Source: Lysobacterales bacterium
Lineage (GTDB): Bacteria > Pseudomonadota > Gammaproteobacteria > Xanthomonadales > SZUA-36
Direction of reading: 5' to 3'
NCBI GenBank assembly: GCA_026193295.1
Contig: JAPHSB010000414.1
Span: 1 to 37,418, forward strand
DNA length: 37,418 nucleotides
Both the position numbers and the translations under genes were made by a program. Of the stretch, positions 1 to 8,955 are shown in pieces (the stretch's first letter is position 1; the number at the start of each line of letters is the position of its first letter). Below the pieces are notes generated by a model. The model did not search any database. It was not told the origin of the DNA and saw only the letters and a program-made list of their open reading frames with translations.

Positions 1-267
1 CGATGCAACGCAGGCAACCGGCGCAGCCTTCAGCTCTTCGGTCAGCAGGTCGTTGGCGCGCAGGTCCAGTTTCGCGTGGATATCACCGTCCACGTTTTCC
101 CCGCAACTCTCGCCGAGGCTGCCGGCCAGCGGACCCAAGGCGATAATCTCGGCAATGGCGCAGCAGGCGTCCGCTATCCTTTCCACTGTTTCCGCAACGG
201 CCCCGCGGAGTGCGTCTTGCCCACGCCATTCCGCGAGATGCTGTCCCAGGGTCTGGTGCTCGGTCAT
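1..267 (-). CDS. fbp: Fructose-1,6-bisphosphatase class 1, N-terminal 89 codons (partial, runs off the left edge)
   Basis: Not in the ORF track because it is truncated. My translation of the reverse complement from the ATG (complement of 265-267) gives MTEHQTLGQHLAEW...LGESCGENVDGDIHAKLDLRANDLLTEELKAAPVACVAS. The G-x-N-V-x-G-D/E-x3-KLD-x3-N-D/E...SEE pattern is typical of the FBPase class 1 N-terminus. A GGAGGAGA Shine-Dalgarno lies just upstream on the minus strand (about 274-281). Confidence 0.6.
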   Translation of the reverse strand, partial: MTEHQTLGQHLAEWRGQDALRGAVAETVERIADACCAIAEIIALGPLAGSLGESCGENVDGDIHAKLDLRANDLLTEELKAAPVACVAS

Positions 268-399
268 GGTCTGTCTCCTCCGGTTAAGGAGACCTGCGGA
301 AAGGCTGCGATTACAGCCTCATTCAGCGGGCCTGAACTTCAGTCTAGAGAGCCAGGCGGGTGGCAGGAACATCCATCGGGAGGGGGAAACAGGGTCATT

Positions 400-421
400 G
401 GGGTGGTAAAAAAACCACCCC
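400..421 (-). terminator. Hairpin just downstream of the LuxR-type gene (possible atypical terminator)
   Basis: GGGGTGG (400-406) and CCACCCC (415-421) form a perfect 7-bp stem around an A/T-only 8-nt loop, 10 nt after the stop at 432. No U-tract follows the stem on the minus strand, so terminator function is uncertain. Confidence 0.25.
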
Positions 422-431
422 AGCGTCGAGC

Positions 432-1049
432 TCAGGAACGCAGGTACATCGAAATGGCCTGGCCGCGGCTGTTGACACCCAGTTTCTGGAACAGATTACG
501 CACGTGGAACTTGACCGTGTTGAGCGAAACACCCAGGTCCCGGGCGATCTGTTTGTTGGTGCGCCCGGAAGCCAGGTCGGAAAGCACCTCGAGTTCGCGC
601 CGTGTCAGTGTGGTCAGCGGGTTGTCGTACAGGGTTCGCACGTCAATGTAAGGGAAAACCATCCGGCCGGTGGCAACAGCCGCGATCGTGTCCAGCAGGA
701 CGGCGGGCTGTTCGCTCTTCGAGACGAACGCGGCGCCGCCATGCGCCATGACCAGTGTCGGTACGGTCTGGTTCTCGTCGCCTGTGTAGACGACGACACG
801 GGGAGCTTGCTTCTCGTCGGACAGGTGGTCCAGTATGTAGCGGCCGTCACAGGGCCCGAATATCCAGCCGATCACCCCGACGTCAACCGGCTGCCGAGCG
901 ATGTTTTCGAGGAAAGAAGCGCAATCGGACGCCACGTGCAGCAGCTCGAACCGTCTGTCTTCCGACAACAGTTGCTTGAGCGCCGCCTGGATCAGCGGGT
1001 TCTTGTCCGCCAGGCCGACGCGGATTGCTTTTTGCTGGGCTTGGTTCAT
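432..1049 (-). CDS. LuxR/NarL-family response-regulator-like transcription factor with a degenerate (pseudo) receiver domain
   Basis: 205 aa. The C-terminal HTH LTRRELEVLSDLASGRTNKQIARDLGVSLNTVKFHVRNLFQKLGV is a classic LuxR/GerE signature. The N-terminus has a CheY-like layout, but the acidic pair reads D15-K16 and the phospho-acceptor position reads G61 (VDVGVIGWIFGP versus the usual DxxxxDxxMP). GAGG RBS 8 nt upstream of the ATG. Confidence 0.85.
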   Translation of the reverse strand: MNQAQQKAIRVGLADKNPLIQAALKQLLSEDRRFELLHVASDCASFLENIARQPVDVGVIGWIFGPCDGRYILDHLSDEKQAPRVVVYTGDENQTVPTLVMAHGGAAFVSKSEQPAVLLDTIAAVATGRMVFPYIDVRTLYDNPLTTLTRRELEVLSDLASGRTNKQIARDLGVSLNTVKFHVRNLFQKLGVNSRGQAISMYLRS

Positions 1050-1123
1050 CCGTACTGCCTCGAATGCAGCCTGCAGTTTAGCGCCGATACGCGCAAACTG
1101 CCTTGATTGGCGTCAGGGCTGGT

Positions 1124-2296
1124 TCAGGAGCGAAGCCGGTCCTGCAGGCGGGCGGGATAGAGAACGACCAGCAAACAGGTCACCAGGCCTGCCACCGCGG
1201 CCCAGGTGATCAATACGTAATTGGACTCGCCAATGATCATGGCGGCGATGGCCGGCCCGGAGGCCAGGCCCATCTTGGAGGCGAAACCACCCATGGCGGC
1301 CATTTGCCCTGCGGTATCGAAGCGGGAGACCAGGCCAAGCAGGTAGGCAATGGTGTAGGCCCAGGTGATTCCGATCAGGCAGTTGGCGCCAATCCAGATC
1401 CAGCCGACGTCGCTCTGCAGGAAGGCCCAGGTGCCGAGTATGGTGATGAGCAAGCCAACCACCAGCGTTTTCAGGTAGCCGAAACGGTCGGATATCACCA
1501 CCACCAGGCCTGCTCCGATCAGCCCCAACCAGGCAGCCACTCCCAGGGTCGTGGTGATCATCGCGCCTTGCTGGCCGAAATACTCGCCCAGGCCGATGAT
1601 GTAGGCGTACAGGGCATTGTTCGATGCCTGGAACAGGAATATTGCCACCAGCGTAAATACCAATGGCACGATTTTGATCTTGCCATGCAGCGCTTTGCGG
1701 GCCGCCGCCTCGGCTGCGTCCACCTTGTAGTCGGGAAGGAAAGGCAACATCAGCAATGTCACCGTGCTGAAGGCGATCAGCGCCAGGAACAGGGCCCGGG
1801 TTCCGAACTGGTCCACCAGTCCGGGCAGCATCATCACGCCCAGTCCGCCCAGTCCGAACTGGACAAACAGAAGGACCCCGAACGTCCGGTCCGGGCCCTC
1901 GGTGCGGGCTATGACCGAGAACCCGGTGCCCACCAGCATGCCGCCGATGCAACCGTCGGCGAACCGGAGGCCAATCATGGTGTTTGCCTGCGTTACGAAC
2001 ATGGATGCCGTGTCGATGGCAAGGAGACCCCCGAGCAGGATCAATGCCGTCAGCCGCCAATCCAGTTTCCTGATCAGGAAAACGATCGACAACGCACCCA
2101 GGGCGGCGCCGTAGAGATTTGCGGAGGCGACCGACCCGGCCTGTTGGTTGCTGAAGCCGAGGGCGGTGATCAGGCCGTCCACCAGCGCGGGCAGTATGTT
2201 CACGTAAAAGAGACCGGCCGTCGAGAGGAAGGCCAGGAACAGCCGGGCCATCATGCTGTTTGGAGATACTTTTGGTATACTATTGAATATATTCAT
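1124..2296 (-). CDS. MFS transporter
   Basis: The ORF track gives 1124..2380. I trimmed the start to the MNIFNSIPKV... ATG at 2296, because the upstream gene's stop codon occupies 2298-2300. About 12 hydrophobic segments, Gly-rich, typical major-facilitator architecture. Confidence 0.8.
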   Translation of the reverse strand: MNIFNSIPKVSPNSMMARLFLAFLSTAGLFYVNILPALVDGLITALGFSNQQAGSVASANLYGAALGALSIVFLIRKLDWRLTALILLGGLLAIDTASMFVTQANTMIGLRFADGCIGGMLVGTGFSVIARTEGPDRTFGVLLFVQFGLGGLGVMMLPGLVDQFGTRALFLALIAFSTVTLLMLPFLPDYKVDAAEAAARKALHGKIKIVPLVFTLVAIFLFQASNNALYAYIIGLGEYFGQQGAMITTTLGVAAWLGLIGAGLVVVISDRFGYLKTLVVGLLITILGTWAFLQSDVGWIWIGANCLIGITWAYTIAYLLGLVSRFDTAGQMAAMGGFASKMGLASGPAIAAMIIGESNYVLITWAAVAGLVTCLLVVLYPARLQDRLRS

Positions 2297-2297
2297 T

Positions 2298-4064
2298 TTA
2301 ACAGCTTGCAATTGGACGGATGCGGTTGCTTGCCATGGCCGCCTTGAGCCACTCGAAGCGGCCGTGGTCGCTGAACACATAGAATACCGATTGATTCGGC
2401 ATCAACGCGACCGAGATGCCGCCGTAACCGGACATGAACGGAATCCACACGGCTTCCTCGCATGCCCCGCCAAGGTCGGTGAGGTAAGCCCAGAAGCCGT
2501 TGTTATAACGCAGCGTTGCATCACCCGCGACCAGGCCGGGGTCCGCAGAATCCCGTTGCAGGGCGGCGGACAGCTCTCTGCGGTGCAAAACCTGTCGGCC
2601 GCCGATGGCGCCATCGCCTCGCGCAAGGAACAGCCCCAGCCGCACAATGTCATCCGTCTGCAAGGTCAGGCCATAACCAGCGAACGGCTGCGCCACGCTG
2701 TCGTACGTGCGCTTGGTGGTACGCACGACCGGGCTCAGTCGCAGCGGATCGAAGACCTTCGCCACCAACACGTCCGCATGAATGTCGCGCGAAACACTGC
2801 GCGGTTGCTGCCTCAGCCAGGCGTTCATCAGCGTGCCGGCTATATAGGTGTCGGAAGTGTGATAGGCGAACGTGGTACCCGGTGCGGCCTTGCGCGGAAA
2901 TAGGGTGCACGCCGCGCTGATCTTGGCCAGGTGTGTGTCCCCGGCCATGAATGGAGTCTCGTAGGAGGCATATTCATCCACGTCATGCTCCAGGCTTTCG
3001 TAATTGCCCGTGCCCATGTCAACGAGGTTTGCCAGCGTCACTGCATTCCAGCGATCCCCGTTCCGGCATTCGGGTACGAAATCGGTTACTTTCAGTTCGC
3101 CCGCATCCGGATTTTCCTGTTTCAGCACCATGTAGGCAGTGCCGGCAAAGATGGATTTGGCCAGGGAATAGGAGGGCAGGTCGAGCACTTCGCAAAAGGG
3201 ATAATCCCCATAACGGGTGCCGCAGCCGCCACGATAATGGATGCCATCAATGGCGAAACCGACCGCGCTCACCTCATCAGGCGGAAACCAGTCGAAGTCC
3301 CGCGCCTGCACTCCTGCATATGACCTGGCGAGTTCAGACAAAGGTTTGACGGGCATGCGAGCCGCTATCTCCTGCCGAAAACTCGCGACAATGGACTCGG
3401 CCCTCGCGATCCTGCCGGGCCGGTATACCGCGTCCAGAATCCCCCACAGATCGGCCTGCAGGTACTGGCAGGTTTCACTGGCGACCTGGTAAACGACGCG
3501 GGAGACTCGACCGTCGGATTGGAACAGGAAACTCAACAATCCGTTATGCGTGCAATTGGCGTTGCGTTCCTGCAGGGCGAATGGCAGGGACACGCGCGAC
3601 CAGCCCCCGTCGCCTGCTTCGTTCCACACCCGCCCGGGCTCCAGGATGAATTCCCAGTGGGGGTGAGCGCTGCGCTGCGGCCCGCGCTTTACGGGTACCA
3701 GGGCGTCGCCGGACTGAACGAAATCGAAGCTGAAGCCCGGCAGGCTGGCGAGTTCCAGGGCAGGGTCTTCCAGGTAACCGAACCGGTCCACCAGGCCGCG
3801 GGTACGACCTGCGCCGGGACCAGCCAACAATTCGAGCCGGCCTTCGAAGCGATGGATCGCCGGAGCTTCATTCAGCGGCGTGTAGGCAGCGGTATCCACA
3901 GGGGATGGCAACTCATCGTCACCCAACAGGAAATCGGCGCTCAGCAGCGCGCGCTGGCCCTGCGCCTGGCTTGCGAGGGGTTCGGCACGGATCGCGCCCG
4001 CGAGCCCGCACAAAAGGATGGCCGCCACCGCCCACCTGGCAACCGGGTCAATAGCGGTCGACAT
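2298..4064 (-). CDS. Exported beta-lactamase-fold (SxxK) serine hydrolase with an N-terminal domain of about 250 aa of unknown function
   Basis: 588 aa. Signal-peptide-like N-terminus (WAVAAILLCGLAGAIRA-EP). S-x-x-K motif at LPSYSLAKSIF (about aa 298), a downstream YHTSD (Y-x-N/S-like) motif and a C-terminal GYGG region fit class-C beta-lactamase/esterase-type hydrolases. The first 250 aa or so show no motif I recognise. Confidence 0.65.
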   Translation of the reverse strand: MSTAIDPVARWAVAAILLCGLAGAIRAEPLASQAQGQRALLSADFLLGDDELPSPVDTAAYTPLNEAPAIHRFEGRLELLAGPGAGRTRGLVDRFGYLEDPALELASLPGFSFDFVQSGDALVPVKRGPQRSAHPHWEFILEPGRVWNEAGDGGWSRVSLPFALQERNANCTHNGLLSFLFQSDGRVSRVVYQVASETCQYLQADLWGILDAVYRPGRIARAESIVASFRQEIAARMPVKPLSELARSYAGVQARDFDWFPPDEVSAVGFAIDGIHYRGGCGTRYGDYPFCEVLDLPSYSLAKSIFAGTAYMVLKQENPDAGELKVTDFVPECRNGDRWNAVTLANLVDMGTGNYESLEHDVDEYASYETPFMAGDTHLAKISAACTLFPRKAAPGTTFAYHTSDTYIAGTLMNAWLRQQPRSVSRDIHADVLVAKVFDPLRLSPVVRTTKRTYDSVAQPFAGYGLTLQTDDIVRLGLFLARGDGAIGGRQVLHRRELSAALQRDSADPGLVAGDATLRYNNGFWAYLTDLGGACEEAVWIPFMSGYGGISVALMPNQSVFYVFSDHGRFEWLKAAMASNRIRPIASC

Positions 4065-5430
4065 CGATACCTTGCTCCCTCAGTTTCGCGGCTAATGGCG
4101 ACAGCTGTCGTTCATAGCGGCGCCACAACCCGACCGAGCTGCTGTAGATGGGCTGCCGCACCTGGGCAGCGCTGGCCGTGGCGGCCGGGCCGGAGTGCCT
4201 ATGAAACTCCAGGCAGCTGTCCTCCCAGTCGAGCTCCAGGTAATCGAGCAGCCTCCTGGTTTCGGACTCGGGGTCGGCGATAACCCGCTCATAATCGACG
4301 TCGAGGAAGGATTGCGGGATGGTGCGTCGCCAGTGTTCCATCAACCGGTGATACGCGATGAAATAGCGACCCACCTCCTGCAGGCTGTAGGAGAATGGAT
4401 AGCCCGCGCGAAACAGCGTCTTGTAGATCGCGTAACAGCTGTCCATGGGGTTGCGCCGCATGTGGATGATGCGGGCGTTGGGCAGCGCCAGGTGGATCAA
4501 GCCGAGGTAGAGGAAATTCTGGGGGGTCTTGTCCACGAGGCGAGGAGCTGAGTTGCCAAAGCCCTCGATGGCTTCGCAATAACGCCTGCCCAGTGCGGCA
4601 AAGTCGATGCGGGCTGAACTTTCAATCAAGGCCGCTTTGCCTCCCGCGGCCGGAGTGGCCCGGTCTTCGGCCTGCGTGGCCAGATTCATGACAGCCAGGG
4701 CCAGAGAAGTATGCTCGCCCTGGCTTTCGACCTGGCTGTGGGAGCTTATGATGCGATCGACCAGCGTCGTTCCGCTCCTCGGCAGGCCGAGAATGAAAAT
4801 GGGCCGGGCTGAATCGAATCCGGCGGCAGGACGGGCCAGCATGTCGCGATCGAAAACGCGGGCAATGGCGGCCATGGCGGACTCGTCTTCTGCAATGTCG
4901 TATTGCATGCTCAAGCGGCGCCGGTGGGCGCCTTCCTGCAGATGCGCGAACGCTTCGTCGAAGCGGCGCAGGTCCTCCAGTTCCTTGGCCAGGGCGAAGC
5001 AGACCTGGATTCTGCCGGGATCGTCTGCCGCCAACTGAACCCGCATGGCCTCGAGTTGCTCGACGTGGTTGCTTTCAGCAGTCTGCCGGCGCAGGATCGA
5101 CCGGTTCAGCCATGCCCCTGCGTCTTGCGGATTGAGCTGAATGGCCCGCGTGAACAGCCGTTCCGCCTCATCCAGGTCACCGAAGGCGGTCTTCGACGTG
5201 GCGAGGTTGTAGACGTAATCGGGGTTGGACGGCTGCAGCTCGGCGGACCGCGCGTAGCAGCGGCCAGCCCGTTCGTGTTGGCCGCAGTGCAGGTAGAGAC
5301 CCGCCACCTGCTGCAGCATCAGGTGATCATCGCGGGCCGCGGCTTCTATTCGTTCCAGGGCCTCTATGGCCCCGGCGACGTTTCCCTGCTTGAGAAGTCG
5401 CCGAGGCAGGTCCAGAGTCGTTTCGGTCAA
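4048..5430 (-). CDS. TPR-repeat sulfotransferase family protein (cytoplasmic)
   Basis: 460 aa. The N-terminal 170 aa or so have TPR-like helical repeats (AIEALERIEAA..., YARSAELQPSNPDYVYNLA, FTRAIQLNPQDAGAWLN). The 5'-PAPS-binding loop LGLPRSGTTLVDRIISSH is followed by a sulfotransferase-like core. No signal peptide. Apparent TTG start (complement of 5428-5430) with GAGG immediately upstream, overlapping the receptor gene's stop. The 3' end overlaps the next gene by 17 nt. Confidence 0.75.
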   Translation of the reverse strand: MTETTLDLPRRLLKQGNVAGAIEALERIEAAARDDHLMLQQVAGLYLHCGQHERAGRCYARSAELQPSNPDYVYNLATSKTAFGDLDEAERLFTRAIQLNPQDAGAWLNRSILRRQTAESNHVEQLEAMRVQLAADDPGRIQVCFALAKELEDLRRFDEAFAHLQEGAHRRRLSMQYDIAEDESAMAAIARVFDRDMLARPAAGFDSARPIFILGLPRSGTTLVDRIISSHSQVESQGEHTSLALAVMNLATQAEDRATPAAGGKAALIESSARIDFAALGRRYCEAIEGFGNSAPRLVDKTPQNFLYLGLIHLALPNARIIHMRRNPMDSCYAIYKTLFRAGYPFSYSLQEVGRYFIAYHRLMEHWRRTIPQSFLDVDYERVIADPESETRRLLDYLELDWEDSCLEFHRHSGPAATASAAQVRQPIYSSSVGLWRRYERQLSPLAAKLREQGIDVDRY

Positions 5431-5435
5431 GTCCC

Positions 5436-7814
5436 TCAGAAATCCCAGGTCACGGCCAAGCCCACTGTACGAGGCCTGGCGATAATGCTCTTGCCGCCAT
5501 TGCCATAGTACTTCTGCTCAGGCGATGTTCCCATGTATTCCTCGGTGAAAATTCCGACCACACCTTCTTCGTTGAACAGGTTCTTGACGAACAAGCCCAG
5601 CGTCCAGTTACCCATGACGACATTGCTGTTGAAGTCCCAGATGCTGAACGAACCCATCGTCCTGCCAAAGAAATAGCTGTCGTCGTTGATGTGGTTCTTG
5701 GTCTCCGACTGGTAATAACCGCCGATGCGGTTGACCCACTCGATGTTGTCGCTGAGATCGAAGGCATACTGCAGCGATACGTTGGCCGTGTGCTCCGCCA
5801 GGCCCGGCAGGCGGCTGCCTCCCGGCGCGACGACGTACACGTTGTCGGCCGACCACATGTCACTGTCCAGTTCCCCATCCGTATAGGCGTAACCCAGGTT
5901 CAGCAACCAACCCTCTCCGAAGGCTACGTTGTACTCCGCCTCCACGCCCTTGGTGGTCGCGCCGCTGCCGTTCTGGGCAGCATAGAACGCCCAGTTGGTG
6001 GTGGCGGTGTTGAGCTGGATATCCTTCCAGTCGACATAGAACAGCGAGACGTTGTAGAAGCTTCCGTTCCAGTCGCCCTTGATACCGATTTCGTAGTTGG
6101 TGGTGCTGTCCGGCCCGTAACGCAGCCAGGCAGGGCTCTCTGCGAAGGTTCCCGAGAGCGGCACGGCGTTGGTGCCGCCCCGGCGGAAGCCTTCGGATAT
6201 CGTGCCGTAAAGCAAGGTGTTCTCGTTCATGTCAAATGCGGCGTTGAACTTGAACAGCGTGTCCGAGTCGCTGCCGTCCAGTCGAACCTGGTCGTCGATG
6301 TGAAAAGACTCGTACAGCCCGACGCCCATGAACGTGTCGTTGCTGTAGTCGAGGTCGAAATAGCGGAAGCCGCCGGTGACACGGAAACGGTCGGTGACAT
6401 TCCAGGTGAGCTCACCGAAAACTGCCTTGTCCTCGAAATTTTCCTGCCGGTCGTAACGGAAATCGTCGTCACCCAACACGCAGCAATCCCAGGCGGTCCA
6501 GGCCCAATTATAGAAATTGCGCAGGTAGTTGACCTGGGAGGAGCGCAGGTCCTGGTCGCGATAGAAAAGCCCGGCGATCCAGTCGAACGAGCCTTCGGTA
6601 TTGGAAACGAGGCGCAATTCCTGGATGAAGGCTTCATCAGAGTAGCTGCGTTCTGCGGAATGCATCGGGCGGGGATAATTGTAGTAGTAGAAGTTCAGCC
6701 AGCCCTGCTGCGCTGAAAATCCGGTGTTTTCGCTGATGCTGTCGCCAGTGTGTTCGTAACCCGAGGTGCTGCTGGTCAGTGTCGCGAAGCCGAAGTCGTA
6801 GCTCATTTCCAGCGACATCATTTCGATCTTTCGCGACGAGGGTTCGCGCTGGACGGAGCCGGTTTCGTAACGGCCGTAGGGATCGCCCCAGCCGTCAGAG
6901 CCCATCGTCGGCATCATGCGTCCGCCGACCTCGTCTTTCTGTTTCGCCCAGCTCAGCAGGGCGTCAAATTTTTCATTCGGCTGCCACAGCAACGATGCGC
7001 GCAGGTAATCGATTTCCACGGTATCCACGTCTTCGATCCGCTCGTACACGGTGGCGTCGTCGAGGATGCCGTTGGGCGCCACGGGGAAGCCCTGCCCGTC
7101 GAGCACATAGGCATTCGGAAGGTCGAAAATACCGGCGTAGTCGACTCTTCCGGCAACCAGTCGCGCCGCGACGGTTTCAACCAGCGGGATGTTCAACACC
7201 ACGTCAGCATCCCAGTTGTTTCCACTGGAACCACTGGTTTGGCTGAAGGAGCCCTCGGCGCGGCCTTCAAAGGACCCAAGGACCGGGCGCCGCGTGATAT
7301 AACGAACGGTGCCGCCAAGCGAGCCTGATCCATACAACGTTCCCTGGGGACCGCGCAGAACCTCGACTCGTTCGATGTCCTTCAATACGAGGTTGGCGTA
7401 AACCGGCGTGTCATTGATATAGGTGGATACGGGCGGAACCGCCGACAATGCGACATCCATGTTGATGCTGCTGTCGATGGCCAGGCCCCGAATGCGGATG
7501 GCATTCACGTTGCCGGAGTTCCTGGCTCCGAAATCGATCATGTTGGCCCCGGGTACGCCCCTTAGCAGTTCGCCGGTCGACAGGATCTTGCCGCTGTCGA
7601 TGAAGTCGCCACTGACCGCGGAGATGTTGTAAGGGATTTCCGCAACCGTGGATTCGCGCCGAGTCGCGGTAACGATGACCTCCTCCATGGCTGACGCTTC
7701 TGCAGCCTCGCCGGTTTGCTCCTGTGCCAGCAGGGGCATTGGGCCCGCGGCAAGCAATGCGGCAGTGATTGCAGTGGATAAGGTGTTTCTCCTGGTAAGA
7801 CTCATTGGATGCAT
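5436..7814 (-). CDS. TonB-dependent outer-membrane receptor
   Basis: The ORF track gives 5436..7847. I prefer the ATG at 7814 (MHPMSLTRRNTLST...), which has a GAGGAG RBS 6-7 nt upstream. Signal peptide ending LLAQEQ, a TonB-box/plug region (EEVIVTATRRESTVAEIPYNISAV), long beta-barrel repeats and a C-terminal aromatic residue (...VTWDF). Confidence 0.9.
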   Translation of the reverse strand: MHPMSLTRRNTLSTAITAALLAAGPMPLLAQEQTGEAAEASAMEEVIVTATRRESTVAEIPYNISAVSGDFIDSGKILSTGELLRGVPGANMIDFGARNSGNVNAIRIRGLAIDSSINMDVALSAVPPVSTYINDTPVYANLVLKDIERVEVLRGPQGTLYGSGSLGGTVRYITRRPVLGSFEGRAEGSFSQTSGSSGNNWDADVVLNIPLVETVAARLVAGRVDYAGIFDLPNAYVLDGQGFPVAPNGILDDATVYERIEDVDTVEIDYLRASLLWQPNEKFDALLSWAKQKDEVGGRMMPTMGSDGWGDPYGRYETGSVQREPSSRKIEMMSLEMSYDFGFATLTSSTSGYEHTGDSISENTGFSAQQGWLNFYYYNYPRPMHSAERSYSDEAFIQELRLVSNTEGSFDWIAGLFYRDQDLRSSQVNYLRNFYNWAWTAWDCCVLGDDDFRYDRQENFEDKAVFGELTWNVTDRFRVTGGFRYFDLDYSNDTFMGVGLYESFHIDDQVRLDGSDSDTLFKFNAAFDMNENTLLYGTISEGFRRGGTNAVPLSGTFAESPAWLRYGPDSTTNYEIGIKGDWNGSFYNVSLFYVDWKDIQLNTATTNWAFYAAQNGSGATTKGVEAEYNVAFGEGWLLNLGYAYTDGELDSDMWSADNVYVVAPGGSRLPGLAEHTANVSLQYAFDLSDNIEWVNRIGGYYQSETKNHINDDSYFFGRTMGSFSIWDFNSNVVMGNWTLGLFVKNLFNEEGVVGIFTEEYMGTSPEQKYYGNGGKSIIARPRTVGLAVTWDF

Positions 7815-7931
7815 TGCTGTACTCCTCGTTGTCTTTTTACTGTGCATTTACGGATCGATCCCCACCGATCGCGTAATCCTGGTTTTGACTTCGTAAGGCA
7901 CTCCGGTCCGCTCATTGCCCTTCGGAGCCGG

Positions 7932-8822
7932 TTACTCGGCGACTTTCAGTTCAGCGACAGGCCCCGTCAGCGGCTCGCGTCGGGGTACGGCGAGAACACC
8001 CAGTTCGCCGAACGCACCGGGGTCCGCCTGGGCTTGCCGGTACGGTGGAAACTCGACACGATGGTCACGGAAGCTCTTAAGCGTTTGGCAGAGCCCGTGC
8101 AGGCCCCGTTCCCGCACGCGGCGCACGTGCTCGAAGTCCATCTCCACCGTGATGATTTCACGGCCGCTGCCCGCCTGGTGAATGATCTGTCCATCCGGCC
8201 CGACAAAAATGGTTTGGCCCACGGCCAGGCGGCCGGCCGAGTTCAGATTCAGGAAGTAGACCTGGTTGGTGGCCGCGTTGCTGCGCGCAATCGCCAGTTC
8301 GACCTCGCGGTCGATCGTGTTGGTCAGGCTCGGGCAGATGATGGCTTCGGCACCCATCCAGGCCAGTGTACGCACGGTTTCCGGGAACCACATGTCGTAG
8401 CAGATGATCAGCCCGATGCGTCCGGCTCCCGGGATGTCGAACACCACGAACTGATCCCCCGCGGAAACACCTTTTTCATAGGGCAGGAACGGATACTGCT
8501 TACGGTAGCGGGCGACGACCTGGCCTTGCGGGTTGATCACCGGGGCCGTGTTGAAGACTTCCTGGCCCCGGCGTTCGAAGATGCTGCCCGGAATGAGCCA
8601 GATCGCATTCTTCAACGCCGCTTCGCGAAAGCAGTTTTCCACTTCGCCCGGCAGGCTGACCGCCAGGTCAGTGCTGGGTCCGAACGTGCATAGCTCGGGC
8701 AGCACGACCAACTGGACCCAGGGAAAGCGCTTTTTCACCAGGTCGATTTCGTGCTCGATCAACGACAGGTTGTCCTCGATCCCGAGTTCCAGCTGCAGGG
8801 CAGCCATGGACAGGTAGGCCAT
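7932..8822 (-). CDS. Carbon-nitrogen hydrolase (nitrilase/amidase superfamily)
   Basis: The ORF track gives 7932..8963. I trimmed to the ATG at 8822 (MAYLSMAALQLELG...), preceded by GGAGGA. The Glu-Lys-Cys triad context is readable: VVLPELCTFG, ARYRKQYPF, GLIICYDMWFPE. Confidence 0.8.
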   Translation of the reverse strand: MAYLSMAALQLELGIEDNLSLIEHEIDLVKKRFPWVQLVVLPELCTFGPSTDLAVSLPGEVENCFREAALKNAIWLIPGSIFERRGQEVFNTAPVINPQGQVVARYRKQYPFLPYEKGVSAGDQFVVFDIPGAGRIGLIICYDMWFPETVRTLAWMGAEAIICPSLTNTIDREVELAIARSNAATNQVYFLNLNSAGRLAVGQTIFVGPDGQIIHQAGSGREIITVEMDFEHVRRVRERGLHGLCQTLKSFRDHRVEFPPYRQAQADPGAFGELGVLAVPRREPLTGPVAELKVAE

Positions 8823-8955
8823 TGTTTCCTCCGGTCGCGCCGCAGCGGGCGGCAGGGCGCTCCTTGTTTTGGAGGTTAACGCGCGCCGGGCCGGCGCACA
8901 TAGGACCAGTTCAGCGGCGTCGATGGTACCAACGGAGGGAGTACGGTCAGCCCGC

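Noticed and set aside
53-1106. Plus-strand ORFs 53-409, 76-651 and 360-1106 at the left edge
   Set aside because: They overlap the minus-strand fbp 5' end and the LuxR-type gene, both of which have clear family motifs and ribosome-binding sites. The plus-strand translations are Arg/Pro/Ser-rich with no recognisable features.
1103-2347. 414-aa plus-strand ORF (and a 315-aa minus-strand ORF) overlapping the MFS transporter gene
   Set aside because: The translation is rich in Gly, Gln, His and Asp, with no hydrophobic core or motifs. The MFS frame shows coherent transmembrane periodicity and tight operon spacing, so the MFS frame is the real one.
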